Part shown: in pieces, positions 1 through 10,948 of the stretch
Position numbering within the stretch: position 1 is the stretch's first letter
Layout of the letters: every line of letters starts with the position of its first letter
Assembly: GCA_964397465.1 (NCBI GenBank)
Contig: CAYNIC010000011.1
Span: forward strand, 3,503-67,502
From: an uncultured Rhodospirillales bacterium
Lineage (GTDB): Bacteria > Pseudomonadota > Alphaproteobacteria > JAWKYA01
Reading direction: 5' to 3'
DNA length: 64,000 nucleotides
Notes under the pieces: model-generated
Told to the model about the DNA's origin: nothing
Seen by the model: the letters and a program-made list of their open reading frames with translations, nothing else
The model's database searches: none
Program-made: the position numbers and the translations under genes

Positions 1-1019
1 CGATGGGGTTGTGCCCGCCGACGGGAACCAGCGATCCGCCCAGATAGGTGATGGAGGCGAGACGATAAAACAAACCCATCTCGCCGAGCGTATCGCCGAG
101 ATAAATGTCGTGCTCCGACGTAAGATCGTCGTGTCGGCTTCGCCGGGCGACCCTAAGACCGGCGTTGATAAATAAATCCGCAACCGCGGCACCGCGTGTC
201 GGATGGCGGGGCGCCACCATGGTCAGGATATGGGGAAAGATTTTTCGCAGGCGCTGATGCGCGGCGATAATAAAATGTTCTTCGCCTTCATGGGTTGACG
301 CCGCCAACCAGAGCGGACGGCCAGCAATCTTGGATTTGAATAACGCAAGCTGGGCGGCATCGACCGGCAAGGGCTCTGCACCGGCCTTAAGGTTGCCGAG
401 GCAGGCGATATTCCGCGCTCCCAAAAGGTCGAGCCGTTTAGCCTGGGTTTCATCCTGAGCCAAACACAAGTCAAACCGCCGTAGCAAATATCGCGCCAAG
501 GATTCTTGTCGCTTCCAGCGCCGAAAGGATGTCTCGGACATACGCCCGTTAAGCAGGATTAATGGCGTTCCGCGACGATGGGTTTCGGCGATCATATTCG
601 GCCATAACTCGGATTCAATCCAGATGGCGAGATCGGGTTGCCAGTGTTCAAGAAAACGCGCGACCCACGGAAGGCGGTCTACCGGAGCAAACTGATGCAA
701 GACGTTGCCCGGCAATCGTCCCGACAAGACCTTTGCCGAGGCGACCGTGCCTGTCGTCAGAACGATAAAAACATCGGGCCGCGAGGCTTGCAGTTTTTTG
801 ATCAAGGCCAGGACGCTCATTGCTTCGCCGACGCTGGCGCCGTGCAGCCAGATCACCGGACCTTCCGGCCGCGGCTGCGTAGCGATGCCGCGACGTTCGG
901 CCAGGCGGCTGACATCTTCTTTGCCGCGCTGCGCTCGGCGCTGCAGCATCAGATCGATCAGAGGGCCGAGGAGTGTCGTTGCCGTCCGCCAGAGGGTTAA
1001 AGAAAACGGTGCTGTCATG
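1..1019 (-). CDS. kdtA: 3-deoxy-D-manno-octulosonic acid transferase (KdtA/WaaA). N-terminus is in the window; the C-terminus runs off the left edge.
   Basis: Translating the minus strand from the ATG at 1019 gives MTAPFSLTLWRTATTLLGPLIDLML...WLHGASVGE, a typical KdtA N-terminus and motif. The ATGA overlap with the upstream acyltransferase stop also supports it. It is not in the ORF track because there is no in-window stop. Confidence 0.8.
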
Positions 1020-1758
1020 AGGCCAGTCGTTTCGCTATCTTGGTTGGTAAGGTTCCGGGCGGCGCCGGTTCGATCGGTGTGGCGCCGACATAACGATCCG
1101 CCGTTTCGGCCTGAGCGTTCATGGTCGCTTCCAGATGCTGACGCAGCGCGGCGATGACGGTGTCGTCGGCGTCAACGGGAACCTCGATCGGATCGCCCCA
1201 AATCATCACGCCGCGAGAAAAGGGCAGGGCGACCAGAAACCGATCCCAGGTGTTCATGACTTTGCGTTTTCTAACGGCGACAGTCGACGGCAGAATGGGA
1301 ACCCGCGCCAACCGGGCAACTCGGATCGCGCCATCGGTTGCTTGCATCCGCGGACCGTGGGGACCATCCGGCGTTACCCCGATGGTTTCGCCGGCGCGCA
1401 GTTTGCGCACCATGGCCTTGACCGCATCCAGCCCGCCGCGACTGGTGGATCCGGCGATGGTATCGATACCAAAATAGGCGACCGTGCGCGCGATCATTAC
1501 CCCGTCACCGTGAGCGGAGATCAACATGTGGAACGGATGCCCGGGAAACCAATTAAACGGCATCATCATCAACCGGCCATGCCAGAAGGTGACGATAAAC
1601 GGCTTGCCTTGATCAAGCAGCTGGCGCGGATGTTCAAAGCCGATGCGGTCCCATCGGGTCGTCGCCATGACCAGTCGGATGTAGAGATGGGCAAGCCAGC
1701 AGGCCAGCCGCCGCAGCCGGTCATTACGCGAGATCTGTTTCAGCAGCTTCTTTATCAT
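1015..1758 (-). CDS. lysophospholipid acyltransferase family protein (DUF374-type, Kdo2-lipid A associated)
   Basis: 247-aa ORF whose stop overlaps the kdtA start (ATGA). The sequence resembles the conserved alphaproteobacterial acyltransferase usually found 5' of kdtA. Confidence 0.7.
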   Translation of the reverse strand: MIKKLLKQISRNDRLRRLACWLAHLYIRLVMATTRWDRIGFEHPRQLLDQGKPFIVTFWHGRLMMMPFNWFPGHPFHMLISAHGDGVMIARTVAYFGIDTIAGSTSRGGLDAVKAMVRKLRAGETIGVTPDGPHGPRMQATDGAIRVARLARVPILPSTVAVRKRKVMNTWDRFLVALPFSRGVMIWGDPIEVPVDADDTVIAALRQHLEATMNAQAETADRYVGATPIEPAPPGTLPTKIAKRLAS

Positions 1759-2016
1759 CGTTGCTCAGTGCAATTCCTAAGGTCGCAGGCCGTGCCAGTA
1801 TGCCCGCCGGTTGTGCCATCGGCTGTGCCCGCCGGTTGTGCCGTGTATCAGCTTTTGGCCGAGGAGGGTATACGCCACGGCGACAACCCGCAGAATTGCT
1901 TAAAAACCAGGCAGATTTGCTAGGGTTATACTGTGTATTCGCGTAGTCAAAGCGGGGTTTTTCTGCTATCGGAAACGGATCGCCGCGGAAGACGGCTGAA
2001 TTTGGGGGAATCATCT

Positions 2017-3198
2017 ATGCGGAAACTGACACGAATTGCCGTGGGGTTGGCCGGTCTGGCCTTTGCCGGCAGCGTCCAAGCTCAAGATATCACCATCGCG
2101 TTGCTTTATGGCAAAACCGGCGCCCTAGAGGCCTATGCCAAGCAAACCGAAATTGGCCTGATGATGGGCCTCGAATATGCGACCAAGGGCACCATGATGG
2201 TGAACGGGCGCAAGATTAAAGTCATCACCAAGGACGATCAGGGCAAGCCCGATATCGCCAAGGCATTGTTGGCCGAAGCCTATACGGATGATAAGGCGGA
2301 CATCGCGATCGGCACCACCTCATCGGGCGCGGCCTTGGCCATGCTGCCGGTGGCGGAAGAAAACAAAAAGATTTTGATCGTCGAGCCGGCGGTGGCCGAT
2401 CAGATCACCGGCGACAAGTGGAACCGCTACATCTTCCGCACCGGACGGAACTCAAGCCAAGACGCGATTTCGAATGCCGTCGCTTTGGGTAAAAAAGGCG
2501 TCACCATCGCCACCCTCGGCCAGGACTATGCCTTCGGCCGCGACGGCGTGGCGGCATTTAAGGAGGCTTTGGCAAAAACGGGTGCGACCCTTGCGGTTGA
2601 AGAATATGCCCCGCAGGCGGCAACCGACTTCACCGCCCCGGCGCAGCGTCTCTTTGATGCGCTGAAGGATAAGCCGGGCCGCAAAATCATCTGGGTGATC
2701 TGGGCCGGCGCGTCGCCGATCCAGAAATTGATGGACCTTAACCCAGGCCGCTACGGCATCGAGTTGGCGTCGGGTGGAAACATTCTTCCGGCCATGGCGG
2801 CGTATAAAAACCTGCCGGGCATGGAAGGCGCGACCTATTACTATTACGAGATCCCAAAGAATACGGTGAATGACTGGCTCGTCGCGGAACACAAAAAACG
2901 CTACAACGAGCCGCCGGATTTCTTTACCGCAGGCGGTATGGCCGCCGGAATCGCCGCCGTCACCGCCATCGAGAAGGCCAAGGGCACTAATACGGAAAAA
3001 CTGATCTCGGCCATGGAAGGCATGGAATTTGACTCGCCGAAGGGCAAGATGAAATTTCGCAAGGAAGATCACCAGGCCCTGCAAAGCATGTATCACTTCA
3101 AAATCAAAAGTGATCCGGCTGTGGCCTGGGGCGTGCCGGAACTCGTCCGTGAATTGAAAATGGGCGATATGGAAATCCCGATTAAGAATAAGCGTTAA
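2017..3198 (+). CDS. ABC transporter substrate-binding protein, branched-chain amino acid (LivK-like) family
   Basis: Signal peptide MRKLTRIAVGLAGLAFAGSVQA starts at the internal Met. Periplasmic-binding-protein type I fold sequence, followed by two ATPases and two permeases. Confidence 0.85.
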   Translation: MRKLTRIAVGLAGLAFAGSVQAQDITIALLYGKTGALEAYAKQTEIGLMMGLEYATKGTMMVNGRKIKVITKDDQGKPDIAKALLAEAYTDDKADIAIGTTSSGAALAMLPVAEENKKILIVEPAVADQITGDKWNRYIFRTGRNSSQDAISNAVALGKKGVTIATLGQDYAFGRDGVAAFKEALAKTGATLAVEEYAPQAATDFTAPAQRLFDALKDKPGRKIIWVIWAGASPIQKLMDLNPGRYGIELASGGNILPAMAAYKNLPGMEGATYYYYEIPKNTVNDWLVAEHKKRYNEPPDFFTAGGMAAGIAAVTAIEKAKGTNTEKLISAMEGMEFDSPKGKMKFRKEDHQALQSMYHFKIKSDPAVAWGVPELVRELKMGDMEIPIKNKR

Positions 3199-3222
3199 CC
3201 TTAAGGCGATGGGTGCCGCGCC

Positions 3223-4017
3223 ATGGCGCCATCCGGCACGGCAGGGTTAACTCCAGGAGCGCAAGTAGAGACGCGCGACGTGACCATCCGATTTGGCGGT
3301 CACGTCGCCGTCGACGCTGTTTCTTGTGCTTTCCATTCCGGAAGCCTGACCGCGATCGTCGGTCCCAACGGCGCCGGGAAGACCACCTATTTTAATCTCA
3401 TCTCGGGTCAGTTGCGCGCCTTCGCCGGGCAGGTTTATCTGCGCGGCGAAGACATCACCAGGTATTCGGCCCCGGTGCGAACCCGCAAGGGCATCGGCCG
3501 GGCGTTTCAGCTGACCAATCTTTTTCCCAATTTGACCGTCATCGAAAACGTGCGTCTTGCGGTGCAGGCGGCTGCGGGCGAAGGATTGGATATGCGCGTG
3601 CCGTGGCAGCGACGCGCGGCACTGATCGATGAAGCGGAAGAAATATTGGCGCGCGTAAACCTGACATCCCGCGCGGCGGTTCTGGCCGCAACCCTGCCCC
3701 ACGGCGATCAGCGAAAGTTGGAAGTCGCGATGCTGATCGCGCTCAAGCCCTCGGTCTTCATGTTTGACGAGCCCACCGCGGGGATGAGCGTGGACGAAGC
3801 ACCGGTGATCTTGGATTTGATCCGCGCCATCAAGGCCGAGGGCGACAAAACGGTTTTACTGGTCGAGCATAAGATGGAGGTGGTGCGTTCGCTGGCGGAC
3901 CGGATTGTCGTGCTGCATAACGGGCAGCTGGTCGCCGACGGCGCACCGGCGGAGGTGATGGCGTCGTCGATCGTGCAGGAAGCCTATCTCGGCACAGGCG
4001 GGGGCGGTCATGATTAA
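3223..4017 (+). CDS. ABC transporter ATP-binding protein (LivG-like)
   Basis: Walker A GPNGAGKTT, ABC signature and Walker B LLVEH are present. Confidence 0.85.
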   Translation: MAPSGTAGLTPGAQVETRDVTIRFGGHVAVDAVSCAFHSGSLTAIVGPNGAGKTTYFNLISGQLRAFAGQVYLRGEDITRYSAPVRTRKGIGRAFQLTNLFPNLTVIENVRLAVQAAAGEGLDMRVPWQRRAALIDEAEEILARVNLTSRAAVLAATLPHGDQRKLEVAMLIALKPSVFMFDEPTAGMSVDEAPVILDLIRAIKAEGDKTVLLVEHKMEVVRSLADRIVVLHNGQLVADGAPAEVMASSIVQEAYLGTGGGGHD

Positions 4018-4747
4018 AGAATCGCCGTCTGCCCTGCTCAGCCTGCGCAATGTCCATACCCACATCGGGCGCTATCATATTTTGCAGGGCGTTGATCTTG
4101 CCGTGCCCGAGGGCGAAGTCACCATGTTGTTGGGACGAAACGGCGCTGGCAAGACCACCGCCTTACGGACCATCATGGGACTGTGGCGCGCCTCAAGAGG
4201 CGAGATAAGTTTTGCCGGACAAAGCATTCATGGCCGGTCGACACCGGAAATCGCCGGTTCCGGGATCGCCTATGTTCCGGAGACCATGGCGGTGTTTGCC
4301 GATCTCAGCGTCAAAGAAAACATGGTGCTGGCGGCGCGCAGCGGTCCGTTAAATACCGAACGGGTGGAATGGATTTTTAATTTTTTTCCGGCGTTGCGTA
4401 AATTCTGGCTGTTTCCGGCCGGAGCTTTGTCTGGCGGGCAAAAGCAAATGCTGTCGATCGCCAGAGCCATGGCCGAGCCGCGGCGATTGATCCTGGTTGA
4501 TGAACCCACCAAGGGTTTGGCGCCGGCCATTATCGACGCCTTGATTGCCGCCTTCCAAGAGTTAAAGCGCGCCCGGACCACGATCCTGCTGGTCGAGCAG
4601 AATTTTCGCATGGCGCGAACGCTTGGCGATTATGTGGTGGTGATGGACGACGGGCGGATCGTGCATCGCGGCGCCATGGAGTCCTTAGCGGCGGATCAGG
4701 ATCTGCAGCGGAGGTTGTTGGGATTAAATTTGGACAGTCATCAATGA
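4010..4747 (+). CDS. ABC transporter ATP-binding protein (LivF-like)
   Basis: GRNGAGKTT Walker A, LSGGQKQ signature, LLVEQ. Overlaps the preceding ATPase gene by 8 nt. Confidence 0.85.
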   Translation: MIKESPSALLSLRNVHTHIGRYHILQGVDLAVPEGEVTMLLGRNGAGKTTALRTIMGLWRASRGEISFAGQSIHGRSTPEIAGSGIAYVPETMAVFADLSVKENMVLAARSGPLNTERVEWIFNFFPALRKFWLFPAGALSGGQKQMLSIARAMAEPRRLILVDEPTKGLAPAIIDALIAAFQELKRARTTILLVEQNFRMARTLGDYVVVMDDGRIVHRGAMESLAADQDLQRRLLGLNLDSHQ

Positions 4748-4760
4748 TGGTGGTGAAGAA

Positions 4761-5792
4761 ATGAGCGCCCATGCGACCATAAAAAGTGCGACCGTAAAAT
4801 CTGCAGCGGTTCCGGTGGCGCGGCGAGACTGGCTGCCGGCGATTTTGCCCGTCGCTCTGGCGCTTTTGGCCTTGCCGTTGATCGGCAATGGCGCAACCTG
4901 GGTTACCTTGACCTTTGCCGGGATCGCCATGGGCATGATGATCTTTCTGATGGCGTCGGGCCTGACGCTGGTCTTTGGTTTGATGGATGTGCTGAACTTT
5001 GGCCATGGCGCCTTCATTGCGGTCGGCGCCTATGTCGCGGCATCGGTGTTGCTTCATTTAAGTGGTTATACCCAGGTTGACTCTCTGTCGAGCAACCTTG
5101 CCGCCACGGCGCTGGCGGCGTCGGCGGCGATCATCGTGACCGCGATCTTAGGTTTGATTTTCGAACGCTTGCTCATTCGTCCGGTCTATGGTCAGCACCT
5201 CAAACAGATTCTGATCACCATGGGTGGGTTCATCGTCGCCGAGCAGGCCTTGCATGCGATCTTCGGCGCGGTGCCGGTGTCCTTGCCGCTGCCCACAAGT
5301 TTTCGCGGATCCTTCAATTTTGGCGACATCACCATCGAGAAATTTCGGTTGGGGGCGATGCTGGTCGGGCTCGCGGTGTTTTTAATGACCAGCGTCATGC
5401 TGACCAAGACCAAAATTGGCTTGCTGGTGCGGGCCGGGGTGGAGAATCCCGAGATGGTGGAGTCACTAGGCTATCGCGTCCGGCGGTTGTTCGTTGCCGT
5501 GTTTGTCGCGGGATCGGCCTTGGCGGGTTTGGGCGGTAGTCTCTGGGCGCTGTACCGCGAAACCGTGACCGCCGCCATGGGCATGGAGATCATGGTGCTG
5601 GTCTTCATCGTAATCATTGTCGGCGGCTTAGGGTCGATCGGCGGCTGCTTCATCGGCTCTTTGTTGGTGGCGCTCCTGGCCAACTATGCCGGATTCTTGG
5701 AGCCGAAGGTAGCGCTCATTTCCAATATTTTGTTGATGGCTTTGGTCTTGATGTGGCGGCCGCAAGGTCTTTATCCGGTGGCAAAACGGTAG
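4761..5792 (+). CDS. branched-chain amino acid ABC transporter permease (LivH-like)
   Basis: Multi-TM hydrophobic 343-aa protein in the Liv-type operon. Confidence 0.85.
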   Translation: MSAHATIKSATVKSAAVPVARRDWLPAILPVALALLALPLIGNGATWVTLTFAGIAMGMMIFLMASGLTLVFGLMDVLNFGHGAFIAVGAYVAASVLLHLSGYTQVDSLSSNLAATALAASAAIIVTAILGLIFERLLIRPVYGQHLKQILITMGGFIVAEQALHAIFGAVPVSLPLPTSFRGSFNFGDITIEKFRLGAMLVGLAVFLMTSVMLTKTKIGLLVRAGVENPEMVESLGYRVRRLFVAVFVAGSALAGLGGSLWALYRETVTAAMGMEIMVLVFIVIIVGGLGSIGGCFIGSLLVALLANYAGFLEPKVALISNILLMALVLMWRPQGLYPVAKR

Positions 5793-5799
5793 GCGTACG

Positions 5800-6879
5800 A
5801 TGTTGGTAAGGCTTCTCTCAGGCGATCTTCCACGCAGCCGGATTTTGGCGCTGCTTCTCATCGCCATCCTTATCGGCCTTGCCTTCGCGCCGTTTCTTTT
5901 TCCCGGCAGCAAGGCGTTGAACGTGGCGGCGAAGATCTGCGTCTTTATCGCGCTGGCGGCGTCCTACGATCTTTTGCTGGGCTATACCGGAATCGTCTCC
6001 TTCGCCCACACTATGTTCTATGGCATCGGCGCCTATGGTGTCGGCATCGCACTATATAGCGCCGAACCCAGTTGGGCGTTGATCGTATTCGGATTTATCG
6101 CCGGCATAGGTGTGGCCGTGCCCTTGGCCCTGGCGATCGGACTTTTATCGCTGCGGGTGAAGGCGATTTTCTTTGCCATGATCACGCTGGCGGTGGCGTC
6201 GGCCTTTGCGGTTCTGGCGTCGCAACTCTCATCGATTACCGGCGGCGAGGATGGGCGGAATTTTCGCGCGCCCGAAATGTTGCGTCCCGCTTTCAAGGTG
6301 ATGGAGACACCTTTGTTCGGCGTCGAGATCAACGGCCGGATCCTTTCCTATTACGTGGTGTTTGTCGGCTGCCTAGTTTTGTTTCTCTTATTGTTGCGCG
6401 TCGTCAATTCGCCCTTTGGCCGGGTTCTGCAAGCCATCCGCGAGAATGCCTTTCGCGCCGAGGCCTTGGGATATAAGACGGTGATCTACCGCACCTTGGC
6501 CAACTGCATTTCCGCAGCGGCCGCGGCGGCGGTAGGGGGGTTATGGGCCTTGTGGCTGCGTCACACCGGGCCGGAAACCACCCTTAGTTTTTCCATCATG
6601 ATGGATATCTTGCTGATGGTGGTGATCGGCGGTATGGGGACACTCTATGGCGCGGTGCTGGGCGCAACCCTGTTTATCTTGGCGCAGAACTATCTTCAGG
6701 CCTTAATGGGATCGGCCAGCAATGCGCTCAGCGATATGCCGGTCTTGGCGGTGTTGTTTCATCCCGATCGATGGCTGCTGTGGCTCGGCATCCTGTTTAT
6801 CCTCAGCGTTTATTTCTTTCCGACCGGTATCGTCGGGCGATTGCGTGACGGTCCAGCCGCCCGGAGGAGGACGCTATGA
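5800..6879 (+). CDS. branched-chain amino acid ABC transporter permease (LivM-like)
   Basis: Multi-TM 359-aa permease, the last gene of the ABC operon. Confidence 0.85.
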   Translation: MLVRLLSGDLPRSRILALLLIAILIGLAFAPFLFPGSKALNVAAKICVFIALAASYDLLLGYTGIVSFAHTMFYGIGAYGVGIALYSAEPSWALIVFGFIAGIGVAVPLALAIGLLSLRVKAIFFAMITLAVASAFAVLASQLSSITGGEDGRNFRAPEMLRPAFKVMETPLFGVEINGRILSYYVVFVGCLVLFLLLLRVVNSPFGRVLQAIRENAFRAEALGYKTVIYRTLANCISAAAAAAVGGLWALWLRHTGPETTLSFSIMMDILLMVVIGGMGTLYGAVLGATLFILAQNYLQALMGSASNALSDMPVLAVLFHPDRWLLWLGILFILSVYFFPTGIVGRLRDGPAARRRTL

Positions 6880-7709
6880 CACCGCAATCTTGCTACGTTA
6901 CAATTTTGGATCGCGAAATACACTACATGGTGTGGGGAAAGCCGGAGGCGCCGCCGGTTGTTCTGTGGCACGGCTTGGCCCGCACATCGCGCGACTTTGA
7001 GGATCTCGCGACACATTTAAGCAATCGTTACTATCTGATCGCACCCGACACGATCGGCCGCGGCCTTAGCGAGTGGTCGCCGCGTCCGGCCGAGGAATAT
7101 TGCCTGGACTTTTATGTGAAGCTGGCCACAGGGTTATGTGATGCGCTGAAGTTGGCGCAGCTGCGCTGGGTCGGAACCTCGATGGGCGGTGCGATCGGCC
7201 TTCGTGCCGCGGCGGGGCCGTTGCGGGATCGCATCACCCACTTAATTCTCAATGACATCGGTCCTGAAATTGCGGTGGCTGCGGTGGCCCGGATTCGATC
7301 CTATGCCGGTAAGCCGCCGTCCTTTGCAAGGCTCAGCGAACTCGAGGCCTATTTCCGAACGATCTATAAGCCCTATGGATTTTTGACCGATGCACAGTGG
7401 CGCCGCTTAACCGAAACCTCGGCGCGGCGGCTTCCCGATGGCCGGATTACACCGCATTATGACCCGCAGATGGTGCAGCAGTTTGAAAACCATCCCGAAG
7501 ATTACCGACAGTGGTCGGCCTACGATGCGATCACCGCAAAGGTTCTCTGCTTGCGCGGCGCCGACAGCGATCTTTTATTGCCCGAGATCGCTCAAGAGAT
7601 GACGCGGCGCGGACCAAAGTGCCACCTGGTCATCGTTCCCGGCTGCGGTCATGCGCCGGCCTTGAATGTCCCGGCGCAGTTCAAGCTGGTTGAGGATTTT
7701 CTGGCTTAA
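6876..7709 (+). CDS. alpha/beta-fold hydrolase
   Basis: Nucleophile elbow GTSMGG and an HG oxyanion region. ATGA overlap with the permease stop. Confidence 0.7.
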   Translation: MTPQSCYVTILDREIHYMVWGKPEAPPVVLWHGLARTSRDFEDLATHLSNRYYLIAPDTIGRGLSEWSPRPAEEYCLDFYVKLATGLCDALKLAQLRWVGTSMGGAIGLRAAAGPLRDRITHLILNDIGPEIAVAAVARIRSYAGKPPSFARLSELEAYFRTIYKPYGFLTDAQWRRLTETSARRLPDGRITPHYDPQMVQQFENHPEDYRQWSAYDAITAKVLCLRGADSDLLLPEIAQEMTRRGPKCHLVIVPGCGHAPALNVPAQFKLVEDFLA

Positions 7710-8047
7710 TACTCGGCCCCGGCTTTGAGCCTCGCCTTTGAGCCTCAAAATGCCGAGAATGATTAACCTCAGGGAAGCCAAGCGAACGATACGGGCCGAC
7801 TCACCAAACAGGTAAATTCCTAAGAGGGGCCGTACCGAGCATGCTGTCCAGACGGCATAGCGGTTCCCGGTCGTCAGGTAGGCTAGGCCGCCGAGCCGTA
7901 ATACCCTGAAAACAGTGTTTTCTCATGCTCATGCCGCGTCTTGGCCGTAATACCGACATATTCCCTTGCAGACTGGAGCACATGCTTACATACATGCAAG
8001 ACGACAGACAGACATCCGACCTATCGAACCTGAGTTCCGGGGGAGCC

Positions 8048-8746
8048 ATGCCGAGTACCATCGCCTTAGTCGATGATGACAAGAATATTTTGACGTCGGT
8101 TGCCATGGCTTTGGAGGCCGAGGGATTTAAGGTCCGCACCTACGCCGATGGCGAAGAGGCGTTGCGCGGATTGTCGGCCAGTCCGGTCGATCTTGCGGTT
8201 CTGGATATTAAGATGCCGCGGATGGATGGCATGGAGCTGTTGAAAAATCTCCGCACTAAGACCGCCATGCCGGTTATTTTCCTGACCTCAAAAGATGACG
8301 AGATTGACGAGTTGTTGGGTCTCAGAATGGGCGCCGACGACTATATCAAGAAGCCATTCTCGCAACGGTTGTTAATCGAGCGTATTCGCGCCTTGTTGCG
8401 CCGCCAAGAAGTAGGAAGCCCCGTTGCCGGAAAACCTTCTGAAGCGATTATTTCACGCGGCGACCTGGTTCTGGATCCGGATCGTCATATGTGCAGCTGG
8501 CGCGGCGAACCGGTCCAATTGACGGTGACCGAGTTCTTGATCTTGAAATCCCTGGCCCAGCGTCCGGGCCACGTCAAAAGTCGCGATCAATTGATGGATG
8601 CGGCCTATGGCGAGCATATCTATGTCGATGATCGGACTATTGATAGCCATATCAAGCGGTTACGGAAAAAGTTTAAAATTGTCGACGACAATTTCTCCCA
8701 TATTGAGACGCTTTATGGGGTCGGGTATCGCTATAAAGAGCAGTAA
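8048..8746 (+). CDS. chvI: two-component response regulator ChvI (OmpR family)
   Basis: Receiver domain (VDDD...D...K) plus OmpR winged-helix C-terminus, immediately followed by the ChvG kinase. Start placed at [11 protein letters not shown]. Confidence 0.85.
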   Translation: MPSTIALVDDDKNILTSVAMALEAEGFKVRTYADGEEALRGLSASPVDLAVLDIKMPRMDGMELLKNLRTKTAMPVIFLTSKDDEIDELLGLRMGADDYIKKPFSQRLLIERIRALLRRQEVGSPVAGKPSEAIISRGDLVLDPDRHMCSWRGEPVQLTVTEFLILKSLAQRPGHVKSRDQLMDAAYGEHIYVDDRTIDSHIKRLRKKFKIVDDNFSHIETLYGVGYRYKEQ

Positions 8747-8767
8747 TCGTTAGGCGAGCTTGATAAA

Positions 8768-10486
8768 ATGCGGCTTTCCCTGATAAGGAAAGCGATGGCG
8801 GTTTCAGTCAATAATAGTCAAGGTTCTGCAGCGGCTGCTGAAGAGAATTCTTCCGCAGCAACCAGCATGGCTGAGCGCGCCGGCGATAAACCTCTCCCGC
8901 GTCGCCGCCCTCGGATCTCCCCCCTTATTCGTCCGATCTTTGCCGTCAATCTTGTCGCCTTGGGTCTCTTGGGTTTTGGACTCCTATTTCTGGATGATTA
9001 CGAAAAAGGCCTCGTCCGCTCCGAACAAGGAAGCATGCGGACTCAAGCGATTATCATCGCCGGCGCCTTAGGCGAAAGCGCCGTCATCGGCTCGGGATTT
9101 ATTCAGGCCCTTGATCCGGAATCGGCCTCCGCCTTGATTCGCCGGTTGGTGGAGCCGACCAATTTGCGGGCGCGCCTCTACCGCCGCGATGGCGATCTGA
9201 TCGCCGACAGTCGCGTTCTGACCGGTTACGGAAGCGGATCGGTTGAAATCGAAGACTTGCCGCCGCCGGGGACAAATAATCCGTTCCGGCAATTTGTCTT
9301 CATGACGTACGATTTTATTTTGCGCTTGCTGCCCAAACGAAATACGGAACCCAGTGATCGGCAAGTTTTATTGCGGGCCAGTGATTTTGATGAAGTAAGA
9401 CGCGCGCAGAACGGCGAAATTTCCGAACGTCTTCGCCGCCCGCCCGACGGTAGTCTGTTGCTGACGGTGGCGGTGCCGGTGCAACGGTATCGTCAAGTTG
9501 TGGGCGTGCTGCTGTTATCGCAAAACGGCACCCGCATTCAAGATGGGGTTCGCGCCGTACGTTTGGATATCCTGCGAGTTTTCGGAATATCCATGGGCGT
9601 AACCTTATTGTTGTCGCTCTATCTTGCGGGGCGTATCGCGCGGCCGTTGCGCAGGCTTGCCGCCGCCGCCGATCGCGTTCGGGCGGGGCAGGGCCGCTTG
9701 GATGAGCCAATTCCCGATCTTACCCGCCGGGGCGACGAAATCGGCGAGCTATCAGGGGCGTTGCGCGAGATGACGTCGGCCTTGTGGCGCCGCATGGATG
9801 CCATCGAAAGGTTCGCCGCCGATGTGGCCCACGAAATTAAGAATCCTCTGACCTCGGTGCGCAGCGCCATGGAAACGGCGGCGCGGATCGAGGATCCCGA
9901 ACGGGTCAAGAAACTGATGGCGATCGTTTTGGATGACGTCCAGCGGCTTGATCGCTTGATCAGTGACATTTCCGACGCGTCGCGCATCGATGCCGAGTTG
10001 TCGCGCGCGGAATCGGCGCCGATCGATATCGGAAAGATGCTGGAGACTTTGGCTGACGTCTATTCAGAGACCTTGGCCGACGGACCGGTCTTGCGGCTTA
10101 ACCTGGTCGATGTGGATAATCTCGACGTGATCGGGATTGAAAGCCGGTTGGTGCAGGTGTTCCGCAATCTGATCGGCAACGCCATTTCTTTCAGCCCGCC
10201 CAGCGGTGTCATTACCTTGGAGGGAAAACGCGACGGTCGATTCGTTCGGGTGCAAATCAGCGATGAGGGACCGGGAATTCCGGATGACAAATTGGAAAAG
10301 ATTTTTGATCGGTTCTATTCGGCCCGGCCCGAGGGTGAAAAATTCGGGACCCATTCGGGACTAGGCCTAAGCATTTCGAAACAGATCATCGAGGCGCATG
10401 GCGGCCGGTTATGGGCCGAGAACCGGCGCGATACGGGCGGTAATGTCCGCGGCGCGCGGTTTATTGTCCGCTTGCCTGCTGGCTAG
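8768..10486 (+). CDS. chvG: sensor histidine kinase ChvG/ExoS
   Basis: TM helices, HAMP, H-box (AHEIKNPLTSV) and HATPase_c G-boxes. Conserved position after chvI. Confidence 0.85.
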   Translation: MRLSLIRKAMAVSVNNSQGSAAAAEENSSAATSMAERAGDKPLPRRRPRISPLIRPIFAVNLVALGLLGFGLLFLDDYEKGLVRSEQGSMRTQAIIIAGALGESAVIGSGFIQALDPESASALIRRLVEPTNLRARLYRRDGDLIADSRVLTGYGSGSVEIEDLPPPGTNNPFRQFVFMTYDFILRLLPKRNTEPSDRQVLLRASDFDEVRRAQNGEISERLRRPPDGSLLLTVAVPVQRYRQVVGVLLLSQNGTRIQDGVRAVRLDILRVFGISMGVTLLLSLYLAGRIARPLRRLAAAADRVRAGQGRLDEPIPDLTRRGDEIGELSGALREMTSALWRRMDAIERFAADVAHEIKNPLTSVRSAMETAARIEDPERVKKLMAIVLDDVQRLDRLISDISDASRIDAELSRAESAPIDIGKMLETLADVYSETLADGPVLRLNLVDVDNLDVIGIESRLVQVFRNLIGNAISFSPPSGVITLEGKRDGRFVRVQISDEGPGIPDDKLEKIFDRFYSARPEGEKFGTHSGLGLSISKQIIEAHGGRLWAENRRDTGGNVRGARFIVRLPAG

Positions 10487-10489
10487 ACG

Positions 10490-10948
10490 ATGGCGGAGCA
10501 GACTCAACTTCATGGAACCTGTGTGCTGCTTGACGACATAGGTGTTCTTCTTCGCGGTGCATCTGGATCGGGCAAGTCCGACTTGGCCTTGCGATTGATC
10601 GATGGCGGCGCGCTCCTGGTTGCCGATGATCGGGTTGACATTACCCGCGATCAAGACAATCTCTGGGCAAAACCTCCCGAGACCTTGGCGGGAAAGCTTG
10701 AGGTGAGGGGCATAGGAATTGTCGCCATGCCGTTTTATCCTAAGGCCCCGATTCGGCTGATTGTTGATTTGGTGGCGGATCGCGCGGTTGACCGGCTGCC
10801 CCTTGATTTAAGCGTATCCGTGCTCGACATTGCTGTTCCGTGCCTTAGGCTGGATCCTTTCACGGCCTCCGCGCCGGCTAAGATCAGGACGAGGGTCGCC
10901 GCTTTGCTGGAACATCGGTTAAAAATTCTAGATCCATCACGCTTATGA
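10490..10948 (+). CDS. hprK: HPr kinase/phosphorylase, short alphaproteobacterial form (C-terminal domain only)
   Basis: P-loop GASGSGKS. Sits in the conserved chvIG-hprK-rapZ-EIIA-HPr cluster. Confidence 0.8.
   Translation: MAEQTQLHGTCVLLDDIGVLLRGASGSGKSDLALRLIDGGALLVADDRVDITRDQDNLWAKPPETLAGKLEVRGIGIVAMPFYPKAPIRLIVDLVADRAVDRLPLDLSVSVLDIAVPCLRLDPFTASAPAKIRTRVAALLEHRLKILDPSRL

Noticed and set aside
562-1157. Three overlapping plus-strand ORFs (68-150 aa), Arg/Ala-rich
   Set aside because: They lie antisense to the clearly recognisable kdtA coding sequence on the minus strand and are typical high-GC shadow ORFs.
7722-7746. 12-13-bp tandem duplication GCTTTGAGCCTC / GCCTTTGAGCCTC downstream of the hydrolase gene
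   Set aside because: Only two copies and no hairpin potential. Likely a slippage duplication without evident function.
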